The notes: generated by a model from the sequence alone, not told the origin. DNA of 64,000 nucleotides from Candidatus Methylomirabilota bacterium (GCA_046726415.1 JBKPAK010000020.1:1995-65994), one strand, 5' to 3'. Counted from the first letter of the stretch, positions 25,603-34,978 are shown. A program made the numbers and translations.

Positions 25603-26919
25603 CTACTGGCGCAGCTCCCAGAGGGTGCCGTTGGGCGTGTCGTGCAACTCGATGCGCGCCGCCGCCAGCTGCGCGCGCAGCCGGTCGGCGAGCGCCCATG
25701 CGCGCTCGACGCGAAGTTCTGCCCTCAGCGCCAAGAGGTTCTCGACGAGGGGAGCGAGAAGCTCGCGGGGATCTCGGAGCCCTTCTCCCGCCGCTTCGCC
25801 GAGTCGATGAACCAGCGAGCGCAGGACGGCGCGCGCCTGGTCGGGGTCATCCGTCTGCAGGCTGTCCGTGGCCCACTCCTGTATCGTCCGGTCGAGGTGC
25901 AGGATGGCTTCGGCGGCCCCGGCCGCGGAGCGCCCGGCCAGCGCCGTCTCGAAGACCTGCTCCAGACGGGTGACCTCCGCGAGCAGGGGTGATCGCTTCG
26001 GACCGGAGGATGATGTCTCCGTGGGTGGCGAAGTCCCCTCTGGGGAAGAGCCGACTGAGGCGAGGGGGCGGTCGCTCGCCACCGTCTCCCCCCGGGCGGC
26101 GGCGAGCAATGCGTCCAGGCGCACGCGCTGGCCAGCGGGAAGTCGCCAGGAGGCCCCCTTCCGGCGCACGGTGACGGTGCCTCGCCCGGTGACGGTGGCC
26201 ATCCGCGCGTCGAGATCGATGATCAGCGCGGTGTGTTCGTCGATCCCCAGCACCCAGCCGTCGTCGGGCAGCATCGCCTCCATCGCCGCGAGGCGCCGCT
26301 CACCGAGATAGCAGAACCGCGTGTCGTGCGTACCCCCCTCGGCGTTGTCGAAATGGGGAATGACCGCGCATGGGCCGCCGAAGCCGCCGATCCGCCCCAG
26401 GAGATCGAGGCCCTCGAGCCAGTGGACGGCCTGGCCGACCTTGTAGACCTCGTAGACGGGCACGCTGAAGCGGCCGAGCGTGAGGGCCGCTGCGCTGGCG
26501 AACACGACGGCGCCGCCCTCGACGAGCTTGCTGGCGAGCGTCTCCGGCACCGGCGAGGTGCGCCAGACCGACAGCGCATACGAGGGACTGCCTGGCCCGG
26601 CGAAGATCAAGTCCGCCGTGCGAAGACGTGACAGGGCCGCCGCCTCGGCGAGCGGCGTGCGCTGCGCGGGATCCACGGCGAGCGGTCCCGGCAAGCCGGC
26701 GGCCTCGATCACCAGCTGCACGCGGTGGGCGAAGTACTCGATGGCCCGCTGCGTGATCTCGGCGGCGTTTTCCTGGAAGCCATACGGGGTGTCGAGCAGG
26801 ACGGCCCGCGGAGGCGTCTCGCCGAACCGCGCGACTACCTCGCGATGCGTCGTCACCATGGTGGGCGCCGTCTCGCCCGAACCCATGAGCGCCAGCAACC
26901 GCAGAGCCCGTGCGCTCAC
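25603..26919 (-). CDS. Fusion protein: peptidase S51/cyanophycinase-like N-terminal domain plus CysRS-C-terminal-like helical domain
   Basis: The N-terminus has 'LLALMGSGE...', 'LIFAGPGSPSY' and 'VVFASAAALTLG'. A Ser/Pro-rich linker follows. The C-terminus 'LRAELRVERAWALADRLRAQLAAARIELHDTPNGTLWE' resembles the extreme C-terminus of cysteinyl-tRNA synthetases. The GTG start overlaps the upstream stop (GTGA, 26916-26919). Confidence 0.6.
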   Translation of the reverse strand: MSARALRLLALMGSGETAPTMVTTHREVVARFGETPPRAVLLDTPYGFQENAAEITQRAIEYFAHRVQLVIEAAGLPGPLAVDPAQRTPLAEAAALSRLRTADLIFAGPGSPSYALSVWRTSPVPETLASKLVEGGAVVFASAAALTLGRFSVPVYEVYKVGQAVHWLEGLDLLGRIGGFGGPCAVIPHFDNAEGGTHDTRFCYLGERRLAAMEAMLPDDGWVLGIDEHTALIIDLDARMATVTGRGTVTVRRKGASWRLPAGQRVRLDALLAAARGETVASDRPLASVGSSPEGTSPPTETSSSGPKRSPLLAEVTRLEQVFETALAGRSAAGAAEAILHLDRTIQEWATDSLQTDDPDQARAVLRSLVHRLGEAAGEGLRDPRELLAPLVENLLALRAELRVERAWALADRLRAQLAAARIELHDTPNGTLWELRQ

Positions 26920-27860
26920 GCGAAGAACCCGTCGCCCACGGCGTCCGCGAGAACGCCCGCCACCTTCGCCGGGAACTGCAGGTGCAGGTCGTGATGCCCG
27001 GGCGCGAACCAGTGAGAGCGGATCTTCGCGCCCGCAGCGAGCGCAGCCGCCTCAGCCCGACGCTTGGCTGCGGTCCGCGCGGGGTCCCCCGTGTCGGCGA
27101 GGAGCAGCACGGTGGGAGTGGTCAGCGTCGAATAGCGGCTGGAGGGGCGGTGCTCCCAGAGCGATCGCAAGATCTCGAGGTGCCGGCCTCTCACCAGGCG
27201 AGGCTCGATGGTGCCGTCGGATCGAACGCGGAAGCAGTGCTCATAGGCCGCCAGGGCGCGATCGGAGAAATCCGGATTCGATTGCCGGAATCGGGCTCGA
27301 AGCTGGGCCATCGTGAGGTGGTCCAGCGACGGTGGGGTCAGCGCGGCCAGGCAGCCCGCCCACTCGGGAAACGACTCGGCCAGCTCGATGACTCCGCCGT
27401 CGACGCAGGCGATGCCGCGCACCGCGTCCGGTCGGCGCCAGGCCAGCTCCAGAACCACGTTGCCCCCCCAGGACTGCCCCGCGAGCACGGGTCGGTCCAG
27501 GTCCAGGACGCCGATCAGGGCCAGCAGGTCGGCCACCGCGGTGTCGAGATCGTAGCCGGTCTCGGGCGCGTCGGAGCGGCCGTGGCCCCGCTGGTCGAGC
27601 GCGACTACCGTGTGGCCCAGCGCGTGAAGGTGCTCGGCCACGCCGTCCCACAGCCGGAGGTTTGACGCGAGGCCGTGGACGAGGACGAAGGGGACAGCCC
27701 CGGGAATTCCGCGGCGCCACTCGACGTGAAGGGCGACGTCCGCCGCCACCGGCACACGATGGTCGAGCGCCCTCGCCGCGCGATCGGATCGTTGGCTCAT
27801 CGGTCTCCCGGGGTCATGAGCAGCCGTGGCCATCGTAGTCCAGCGCCTGCGCGGCCTCAA
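26916..27860 (-). CDS. Alpha/beta hydrolase
   Basis: 'FVLVHGLASNLRLWD', 'ALDQRGHGRSD', nucleophile elbow 'GQSWGG', C-terminal 'PGHHDLH'. The start is uncertain: 27860, 27833 or 27800. Confidence 0.85.
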   Translation of the reverse strand: MRPRRRWTTMATAAHDPGRPMSQRSDRAARALDHRVPVAADVALHVEWRRGIPGAVPFVLVHGLASNLRLWDGVAEHLHALGHTVVALDQRGHGRSDAPETGYDLDTAVADLLALIGVLDLDRPVLAGQSWGGNVVLELAWRRPDAVRGIACVDGGVIELAESFPEWAGCLAALTPPSLDHLTMAQLRARFRQSNPDFSDRALAAYEHCFRVRSDGTIEPRLVRGRHLEILRSLWEHRPSSRYSTLTTPTVLLLADTGDPARTAAKRRAEAAALAAGAKIRSHWFAPGHHDLHLQFPAKVAGVLADAVGDGFFA

Positions 27861-27940
27861 CCCACTCCCCTAGAATCGACGTGGAAGCGAAATTCGGGTC
27901 AGCGTCCGGTCCAGAGACGCGACCGCGGGGAGGGACGGCG

Positions 27941-28327
27941 ATGGCGAGCGGAGCGATCACGGGGCTGGCCGGCGTCCTCATCTGGACAGAGGCTGGTCGT
28001 TTGGGTGAGATGGCGCGGTTCTACTGCGACACATTGGGGCTCACGCCGCGGTCGATGCGAGAGGACTTCGTCAACTTCGATTGGAACGGCGTGCGGCTCA
28101 GCATCGGTGTCCACGACCGCCTCCAGGGCGCTGCGCGGGATCCGCTGCGCATCATGATCAATCTGGCTGTCGTGGACATTCGCGCGGTCTACGCGCGGCT
28201 GAGGGCGGCCGGCGTACCCTTCAGCCGTGTGCCGGAGCAGGAGGACTGGGGAGGGTGGGTGGCCAGCTTCGCCGATCCCGATGGGAACACCCTGCAGCTC
28301 ATGCAACTGCCTCCGGGGCCGCCCTGA
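27941..28327 (+). CDS. VOC family protein (glyoxalase/bleomycin-resistance fold)
   Basis: 'LAGVLIWT..FYCDTLGL', 'FADPDGNTLQLMQ'. ATG 27941 is preceded by GGAGGG. Confidence 0.8.
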   Translation: MASGAITGLAGVLIWTEAGRLGEMARFYCDTLGLTPRSMREDFVNFDWNGVRLSIGVHDRLQGAARDPLRIMINLAVVDIRAVYARLRAAGVPFSRVPEQEDWGGWVASFADPDGNTLQLMQLPPGPP

Positions 28328-28428
28328 GGGGCCTGTCGGCGCGTCCCCCGTGCGGGCGGCAGTCCGGATAACGGCGCACAGGCCGGTCCCGTGGCTGTCG
28401 GTCGACGCGTCATCCAAGGTCGGCCGCG

Positions 28429-29187
28429 TCAGTGGGGATGGCGGTGCTGAAGGATGTGCGGTCGCTCGAGCCCGTGCGCCAGCATCAGCGGCTCGTCGGC
28501 CAGAAGCTCAATGGGCGGGCCGGCCGCGACCACTTTCCCCCCATCTAGCACGACCGCGCGCGAGCACATCTCGGCGACCAGCTCGAGATCATGCGTGGCG
28601 ATGATCTTCGTCGCAGGGATACCTCGCAAGAGGGCCTTCAGCTCCCGCCGGCCGCGGGGATCCAGATCGCTGGTCGGCTCGTCGAGCACGAGGATGCGCG
28701 GCGCGCAGGCCAGCACGCCAGCCAGGCAGACGCGCCGCTTCTCGCCACCGCTCAGGTGATGGGGAGACCGGTTCTCGAACCCGGTCAGGCCAACCCGGGC
28801 CAGCGCGTCGGCCACCGCACGCTGCACCTCGGCCCGACCGAGCCCAAACTGCTCGGGACCGAACGCGACATCTTCGAATACGGTGGGGCAGAAGAGTTGG
28901 TCGTCTGCATCCTGGAAGAGCAGACCGACCGTCCGCCGGATCGAGGGGAGCGTGGCGGACGTGACGGGCTGGCCGAAGATGAAGACGGCGGATGCGGGCG
29001 AGCTCCCGCGTCCGCCCTCCGGGAGGATCCCGTTGAGGTGCAGCAGCAAGGTCGACTTGCCGGCGCCGTTGGGTCCGATGATGCCGACGCACTCGCCCTC
29101 CTCGACCTGGAGGTCGAGCCCCCGCAGCGCTTCCGCGCCGTCGGGATAGCTGAAGCGCAAATCTCTGATCTCGAGCGCAAGCGTCAC
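28429..29187 (-). CDS. cbiO: ECF-type cobalt/nickel transporter ATPase (CbiO/NikO)
   Basis: Walker A 'GPNGAGKST', 'LSGGEKRRV', 'LVLDEPTSDLD'. GTG 29187 overlaps the cbiQ stop (GTGA). The track ORF reads through upstream genes. Confidence 0.9.
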   Translation of the reverse strand: MTLALEIRDLRFSYPDGAEALRGLDLQVEEGECVGIIGPNGAGKSTLLLHLNGILPEGGRGSSPASAVFIFGQPVTSATLPSIRRTVGLLFQDADDQLFCPTVFEDVAFGPEQFGLGRAEVQRAVADALARVGLTGFENRSPHHLSGGEKRRVCLAGVLACAPRILVLDEPTSDLDPRGRRELKALLRGIPATKIIATHDLELVAEMCSRAVVLDGGKVVAAGPPIELLADEPLMLAHGLERPHILQHRHPH

Positions 29188-29795
29188 TTCCAACCCCGGG
29201 CCGCCATGGCGGCGTAGATCCGCTCGGCGCGTTCGGTCGATCGCACGAACAGCTGTCCGATCACGGTGGCCAGGATACGCCACGTCCACCAGCGCCCGGG
29301 GCGAAACGTGCGACTCGCGCGGGCGCGCCGCATGCGTTGCGCCTCGTCGGTCAGCACGAACAGGTACCGGTACATCAGGGCCAGCGTGCTGACGAGAAGA
29401 GCGGGCATCCGGCCGCGCCGCATCACGCCGAGCAGCGCCGAGAACGACGTGGTGTTGGACAGGAGGATCATGACGAGGAGGCAGAGTGACGTCTTCGCGA
29501 GCAAGGTCGCGAAGATCGCGCCTCCGTCCGGCTGGAAGATCGCCAGGCCGGCGGTGCCGAGGGCAAGCGGCTCGAGCGCGATGAGGCGCCACAGAATGAA
29601 GCGAATGGGGATGTGGCTGACGGCGGCCACTCCGGCCATGAGCACCCCGACCGCGAGAAACGCGTCCCAGCGTCCACGAGGAAGGGTCGCAATGACGAGG
29701 ACCACGGTCAGGGCGGCCAGGAGCTTGAACCATGCGGGCAGCCGATGCACGGGGCTGTCGAGGCGGCTGTAGCGATCGATGAAGTCGGGACGCAT
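29184..29795 (-). CDS. cbiQ: ECF transporter transmembrane (T) component CbiQ/NikQ
   Basis: 203 aa and hydrophobic, with 'MRPDFIDRYS..SPVHRL' and 'EAQRMRRARASR'. It sits between the M and O components. The start is trimmed to ATG 29795. Confidence 0.85.
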   Translation of the reverse strand: MRPDFIDRYSRLDSPVHRLPAWFKLLAALTVVLVIATLPRGRWDAFLAVGVLMAGVAAVSHIPIRFILWRLIALEPLALGTAGLAIFQPDGGAIFATLLAKTSLCLLVMILLSNTTSFSALLGVMRRGRMPALLVSTLALMYRYLFVLTDEAQRMRRARASRTFRPGRWWTWRILATVIGQLFVRSTERAERIYAAMAARGWK

Positions 29796-29800
29796 TGGGA

Positions 29801-30769
29801 TTAGCGCGACGGGGGATCCGGTCCTCTGCCCTGACGCTTCCTGGCGACGACAAGCCGGGCCACCCCGAGTGCCAGCAGGAACACAAGACCGGTGCCCAGG
29901 GCGCCGGCCACGGCGGTGGCCCAGGCCGCCGAGCTGATGCCGCGCACGGCATAGTCGATCAGTGGCGATGGCACCAGCGGCGTATCCGCAGCGCGCTCCT
30001 GGAAGCCCAGCTGCGCGGCGACCTTCTCGAGACCGTCGGGCCACTCTGATGCCAGCGGCGAGGCGAACAGGGCAATCCCCAGTGAAATCAGCAATCCGAA
30101 GGCGAGCACCTCGGTGGCCGCGCGGGCGGTGCCTCCCAGGGCCCTTTCGCGGAGGATCTCGGGCCGCGCCCGTCGAATCGCGAGCAAGACCATCGTGGTG
30201 ATCAGTGCCTCGCCCACCCCAATGAGCATGTGTACGCCGGTCATAGCCAGCAGGGCGACCCGCCATGGCACGACACCCGACACACTGAGCTCTCCGGCGG
30301 TGACGATCGCCGCCATCACGGTGGCACACCACGCCGCGACCGCGGCGGCCACGAGCTGGCCCCGGTCGCCCCGGAGCAGGCGGTGAATCGCGCAATAGAC
30401 ATAGAAGCTGCCGACCGCGCTGACTATCGCCATGTTGAAGACGTTCGCCCCGAGCGCCAGCAGGCCGCCGTCGGCGAAGATCAAACACTGCACGATGAGC
30501 ACGGCGGTCATGACGAGGGCGGCGCCACTCGGGCCGAGCAACACGGCCGCCAGCGTCCCGCCAATGAGATGCCCCGACGTCCCTCCGGCCACCGGGAAGT
30601 TCACCATCTGCGCGGCAAAGATGAAGGCGGCGGTCAGTCCCAGGAGCGGAACGCGCCGCGGCGGCAGGTGCGCCTGGGCCTGCTTCACTGCGATGGCGAC
30701 ACCGGTCGCGGCGAGGACACCCGTCGCGACGAGCGTCTTGGCGTCGAGAAATCCGTCGGGAATGTGCAG
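29801..30769 (-). CDS. cbiM: ECF transporter substrate-capture component CbiM/NikM fused to a PDGLE (CbiN/NikN-like) domain; apparent CTG start
   Basis: 'AAFIFAAQMVNFPVAGGTSGHLIGG' forms the core and the C-terminus carries 'WPDGLEKV'. The conserved N-terminus 'HIPDGFLD' lies in frame 27 codons upstream of the track start. It is preceded only by CTG (30767-30769), with GGAG 7 nt upstream. Confidence 0.8.
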   Translation of the reverse strand: MHIPDGFLDAKTLVATGVLAATGVAIAVKQAQAHLPPRRVPLLGLTAAFIFAAQMVNFPVAGGTSGHLIGGTLAAVLLGPSGAALVMTAVLIVQCLIFADGGLLALGANVFNMAIVSAVGSFYVYCAIHRLLRGDRGQLVAAAVAAWCATVMAAIVTAGELSVSGVVPWRVALLAMTGVHMLIGVGEALITTMVLLAIRRARPEILRERALGGTARAATEVLAFGLLISLGIALFASPLASEWPDGLEKVAAQLGFQERAADTPLVPSPLIDYAVRGISSAAWATAVAGALGTGLVFLLALGVARLVVARKRQGRGPDPPSR

Positions 30770-30794
30770 GACTGGCTCCGAGCCTACGACGACG

Positions 30795-31775
30795 TCAGAG
30801 CGTCGCTCGACACGAGGTGGCCTCGCGCAGGCGGTCCAACACGGCCAGCAGGGCGACCGCGTCCGCGAGCGTTCGCCTGGGCCTCGCTGCGCCTCGTACG
30901 ATGGCGTGGAAGTGCTCGATCATCGCCCGATACGGATCACTGCCGCCGGTGACGATTTCCTCCAGGCGGCCGTCGCGATGGCGAAGGACAAATGTGACAT
31001 CCTGGGGGCCGGGAGTGTGGGCGCGGTCGATAATCACCGCGGTCTCAGTCCCGACGATCTCTAGGAACTGCCGCTCCGGGGCCTCGAACGAGCACTCGAT
31101 GGCTGCCGTGAACCCCTCGCCAAAGTCTAGCCAGCCAGAGAACGATGAGTCCACCCCGGCCGCGGTGCTCACGGCTCCGGCTTCCACGCGCACCGGCGGG
31201 CGGCCGGCCACGGCCAGCAGTGGCGCCACGCAGTAGATCCCGACATCGAGCAGGGCACCGCCGCCCAACTCCGGGCGCCAGCGGTGATCGTCCTGGCGGC
31301 CGAGAACCCCCGTGAAGGCGGCCCGGGCGAAACGAAGGGCGCCAAGCCGGCCGGATCGCACCAGCGCGGCGACCGCGTCCGTGCGGGGGTGGAACGGCGT
31401 CATGTACGCTTCGAACAGCAGCACCCCCGCCGCAGCACAGGCGGCGACCATCGCCTCCGCGTCGGCGGCCGACGGGGCCAGCGGCTTCTCGCAGAGGACG
31501 TGCTTTCCGGCCGCGGCGGCACGCTCGGTCCACTCCCGGTGGAGGCCGTTGGGCAGAGGAAGGTAGATCGCCTCGACCTCAGGATCCTCCAGCAACGCCG
31601 CGTACGAGCGGTAGACGCGCCGGGCACCGCTGCCGTTGCCGACGCCGCCGCTCTCACTAGCCACGGCCACGAGCCGCGCGCTGGGGCTCGCGGCAATCGC
31701 CGGCAGCACCGCCAGCCGGGCCACCCGCGCGGTCGCCGCGAGCACGCCCCAGCCGAGCGGCTTCCCGTCGCCCAC
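30795..31775 (-). CDS. Gfo/Idh/MocA family oxidoreductase
   Basis: N-terminal Rossmann region 'LGWGVLAATARVA...LVAVAS', 'AIYLPLPNGLH' and 'GKHVLCEKPLA' (EKP motif). 326 aa. Confidence 0.85.
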   Translation of the reverse strand: MGDGKPLGWGVLAATARVARLAVLPAIAASPSARLVAVASESGGVGNGSGARRVYRSYAALLEDPEVEAIYLPLPNGLHREWTERAAAAGKHVLCEKPLAPSAADAEAMVAACAAAGVLLFEAYMTPFHPRTDAVAALVRSGRLGALRFARAAFTGVLGRQDDHRWRPELGGGALLDVGIYCVAPLLAVAGRPPVRVEAGAVSTAAGVDSSFSGWLDFGEGFTAAIECSFEAPERQFLEIVGTETAVIIDRAHTPGPQDVTFVLRHRDGRLEEIVTGGSDPYRAMIEHFHAIVRGAARPRRTLADAVALLAVLDRLREATSCRATL

Positions 31776-31776
31776 C

Positions 31777-33465
31777 TCACGCGCCCCCGGCGTCGATCAT
31801 GACCATCGCGCCGCCTTGATCAGTGGATCGACGGGCCGCTTCGAGGACGGCGATGACCTGCCGCACCGAGGCCGGCGTGACGGCGAGCGGCTCACCGAGA
31901 TGCAGGTGATCCGCGAGATTCCGGTGGAAGGCGAACGGCTGCTCGGGGGCGGGGGGCAAGCGCGTCTCGCTGATTCCGTAACCACTTTCGTAGCGAGCCA
32001 GCAAGAGGTCGGCCGGCGCCTCGGCGTGATGGATCTGCTGGGCGACGTACCCGCGACCGGGCTCGATGCGCTCGAGCCTCACCACGCGGTAATGACCGAC
32101 CAGCGTACCGGCAGTTCCCTGGACCCAGAACTTGGGACGTCGGACCGCGGCAACATCACTCTGGAAGAACTCGGCTTCCCGGCCGTCGCGCCAGGTCATG
32201 CGCACGCGAAGCTGGTCGAGATTTGTGACGTCGTGCCAGACGCGCTTGTGGCCGTGGGCCTGCACGACATGCGGGCTCTCGCCGAGAAGCTGCAGGATCC
32301 AGTCGATGTGATGCGATCCCCAGTCGTACACGGCGCCGCCGGACAGCGTGCTATCGGAATGCCACGTGCGGCAGGGATGCGCGTAGCCACCCACGAAGGT
32401 CTCGATGTTGAAGAGCGCGCCGAGGACGCCGGCGTTGACTGCCCGCCGCACGGCCACGAAGTCGGGATCCCAGCGCCGATTCTGGTGGACGGTGAGCACG
32501 CGATGGTTCCGAGCCGCGGCGGCCATGACCTGATCGGCCTCGGCGAGGGTGAGGCAGAGGGGTTTCTCGCAGGCCACGTGCTTGCCGGCTCGCAGGAGGG
32601 CGAGGGTCAACGCCACATGCTGAGCGGGTGGCGTCGCCACGAAGGCCACTTCGACATCATCGTCGCTCAGGAACTCGTCGATCGATGCATAGGCGCGCAC
32701 GCCGGGAAAGTCCGCCTCGGCGGTCTTGCGCCGGTCGACGCTGGGATCGGCGACGGCCACGAGCTGGAGGCCGTCGGTGCTGGTCACGCCGAGACCATGG
32801 TGGTAGCCCATGCCGCCCAGCGGGCCGTAGCCGACCACGCCGACCCCGATCATCCGTCCACAGCAGCTGAGGTCCGGGCGCAGTGCCCGCGCGAGCAACT
32901 GGGCGACATCGGGGATTAGCAGCGCATCGTCGGCGTTCCCGAAACCGCACGCCACCACCCGGCCCACCCCGACCGTACTCTCCACGACGGCGGCGAGGTC
33001 GCGCAGGGCCACGCTCACGTCCACGATGATCTTGGCGTCGGCGAGCGGAACGAGGGGGACGAAGCGATCGACCACAGTGAACTCACGGGCCACGCGGGCG
33101 GTGATGTGAGAGTGCGCGGAGGTCAGCCGGGCTAAGTATTCACCTGCTGGTGGCTCCGGGCCGGCGATCACCCCGAGCAGGTCGGCCCAGAAGCCGCTGC
33201 TCTCGGCCGGCGCGGCGCCGATCGCTACCAGCGCCGCGCCGCGCTCAATGGCCGCGCGAAGCGCGCCGAGCGTCTCCAGGGACTGTGCCGGCTGGGGGCC
33301 ATCGACGAGGAACGCGTCGAACTCCCCGGGGTCCGGCCGCGTGTCGTCCGGTGAGACGAAGAGGAGGTCGGTCGGCCCCTGAGCCAGGGCCTGGAGGGCG
33401 TCTCGGCGGCGGTCGGTGAGACGCGCGGACAGGACGAGGACGCGCATCGGGCCCAACGGTATCAC
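31777..33465 (-). CDS. Gfo/Idh/MocA family oxidoreductase with ~210-aa N-terminal extension of uncertain fold
   Basis: The C-terminal ~350 aa carry 'IGVGVVGYGPLGG', 'AFVATPPAQH' and 'GKHVACEKPLC'. The N-terminal part ('MRVLVLS...ALVAIGAAP...VVACGFG') may be a ThuA/class-I-GATase-like flavodoxin fold, which is tentative. The start is 33465 or 33447. Confidence 0.75.
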   Translation of the reverse strand: MIPLGPMRVLVLSARLTDRRRDALQALAQGPTDLLFVSPDDTRPDPGEFDAFLVDGPQPAQSLETLGALRAAIERGAALVAIGAAPAESSGFWADLLGVIAGPEPPAGEYLARLTSAHSHITARVAREFTVVDRFVPLVPLADAKIIVDVSVALRDLAAVVESTVGVGRVVACGFGNADDALLIPDVAQLLARALRPDLSCCGRMIGVGVVGYGPLGGMGYHHGLGVTSTDGLQLVAVADPSVDRRKTAEADFPGVRAYASIDEFLSDDDVEVAFVATPPAQHVALTLALLRAGKHVACEKPLCLTLAEADQVMAAAARNHRVLTVHQNRRWDPDFVAVRRAVNAGVLGALFNIETFVGGYAHPCRTWHSDSTLSGGAVYDWGSHHIDWILQLLGESPHVVQAHGHKRVWHDVTNLDQLRVRMTWRDGREAEFFQSDVAAVRRPKFWVQGTAGTLVGHYRVVRLERIEPGRGYVAQQIHHAEAPADLLLARYESGYGISETRLPPAPEQPFAFHRNLADHLHLGEPLAVTPASVRQVIAVLEAARRSTDQGGAMVMIDAGGA

Positions 33466-33613
33466 GATCGAGCATTTTCAGCTTGCCATGACGGCGGGCG
33501 GGTGGTGCGATGACTGGCCTCGGATCCGAGCGTCTGGCTATCGTGCAGACGTGGGACGTCCGCGGGGCGGGGGTCCCGCCGTCCAGGTCGAGCCGGTGAA
33601 CAGGAGGACCGCG

Positions 33614-34978
33614 ATGCTCTCCAGAGAAGACAACGACCTGCTCTGTCGCGTCGGACCCGGCACTCCGATGGGCGCCTTGCTGCGCCAGTACTGGATTCCC
33701 GCCCTCATGTCCACCGAGTTACCGGCCTCGGATGGCCCGCCGGTGCGCGTGCGGCTCCTCGGCGAGAACCTGATCGCCTTTCGCGTCACCTCGGGCAAGG
33801 TCGGGCTGATCCAGAATCACTGCCCGCATCGCGGGGCGTCCCTGTTCTTCGGCCGCAACGAGGAGGACGGCCTGCGCTGTGCGTATCACGGCTGGAAGTA
33901 CGACTGCGAAGGCGTCTGCGTCGACATGCCCAACGAGCCGCCGGAGAGCACCTTCAAGGCGAAGATCCGGGCCACGGCCTACCCATGCCTCGAGCGGAAC
34001 GACATCATCTGGACCTACATGGGGCCACGCCCGACACCACCGCCGCTGCCCGACATCGAACCGAACATGCTGCCGCCGGGGGAATACACCATCCAGAAAG
34101 TCCTGCGGGAGTGCAACTGGTTCCAGGGACTCGAGGGCGACGTCGATACGAGCCACCTGGGGTTCCTCCACCTCGGCGCCGTCAGGCCCGAGGACACGAC
34201 ACCGGGGACATTCGATTACTACAACGTCGCCGACCGCGCGCCGAAGTACGAGGTGGTCGACGCGGAGTTCGGCACCTCGTACGGGGCCTACCGCCCGGCC
34301 GAGGCGGATACGTACTACTGGCGCATCGCCCACTTCCTGTTCCCGTTCTTCACGATGATCCCTACCGGCATTCTCGGCGTGCAGATCCTCGTCCGCGCCT
34401 GGGTGCCCATCGATGACGAGCACCTGATGTTCTGGAGCATCGGGGCACCGCGCTCGCGCGAGGGCCGAGCGGCCACCGGCGGCGCCAACGCCCTCGCCCC
34501 CGGCGGCCGGCCGGTGGCCGCCGCCGGCTCCAGAGCGGGAGGCTTCGAGTTCCTGGCGGACACCACGGACTGGCTCGGCAAGTTCCGCCTCACCCAGAAC
34601 AAAGACAACGACTACCTCATCGACCGCGAGGCCCAGCGCACCGAGAGCTTCACCGGCATCGCCGGGATCCATCAGCAAGACCAGGCTGTCACCGAGAGCA
34701 TGGGGCCGACCATCGACCGGACACAGGAGCACCTGGGGACCTCGGACGCGATGGTCATCCGGACGCGACGCCGGGTCATCAGCGCCGCCAGGGCGCTTCG
34801 CGATCGCGGCGTGGTGCCGCCCGGGGTCGACAACCCGGAGATCTATCGCTGCCGTTCAGGCGGCGTGATTCTCCCCCGCCATGCCAACTGGCTCGAGGCC
34901 ACGCGGGAATTGCGCCGGGCCTTCGCCGAGCCCACACTCGCCGCGCTCGCCGCGCTGGCGACCGACACCGGCCGATGA
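33614..34978 (+). CDS. Rieske [2Fe-2S] oxygenase, phthalate-dioxygenase-like family
   Basis: 'CPHRGASLFFG...CAYHGWKY'; iron site region 'NWFQGLEGDVDTSHLGFLH'. ATG 33614 is preceded by AGGAGG; the track ORF starts earlier at 33416. Confidence 0.85.
   Translation: MLSREDNDLLCRVGPGTPMGALLRQYWIPALMSTELPASDGPPVRVRLLGENLIAFRVTSGKVGLIQNHCPHRGASLFFGRNEEDGLRCAYHGWKYDCEGVCVDMPNEPPESTFKAKIRATAYPCLERNDIIWTYMGPRPTPPPLPDIEPNMLPPGEYTIQKVLRECNWFQGLEGDVDTSHLGFLHLGAVRPEDTTPGTFDYYNVADRAPKYEVVDAEFGTSYGAYRPAEADTYYWRIAHFLFPFFTMIPTGILGVQILVRAWVPIDDEHLMFWSIGAPRSREGRAATGGANALAPGGRPVAAAGSRAGGFEFLADTTDWLGKFRLTQNKDNDYLIDREAQRTESFTGIAGIHQQDQAVTESMGPTIDRTQEHLGTSDAMVIRTRRRVISAARALRDRGVVPPGVDNPEIYRCRSGGVILPRHANWLEATRELRRAFAEPTLAALAALATDTGR

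Noticed and set aside
33466-33613. Cobalamin riboswitch or NikR operator expected upstream of the cbiM-containing operon
   Set aside because: Reading both strands by eye, I found no B12-box-like consensus and no obvious NikR-type palindrome. An Rfam scan is still needed to be certain.
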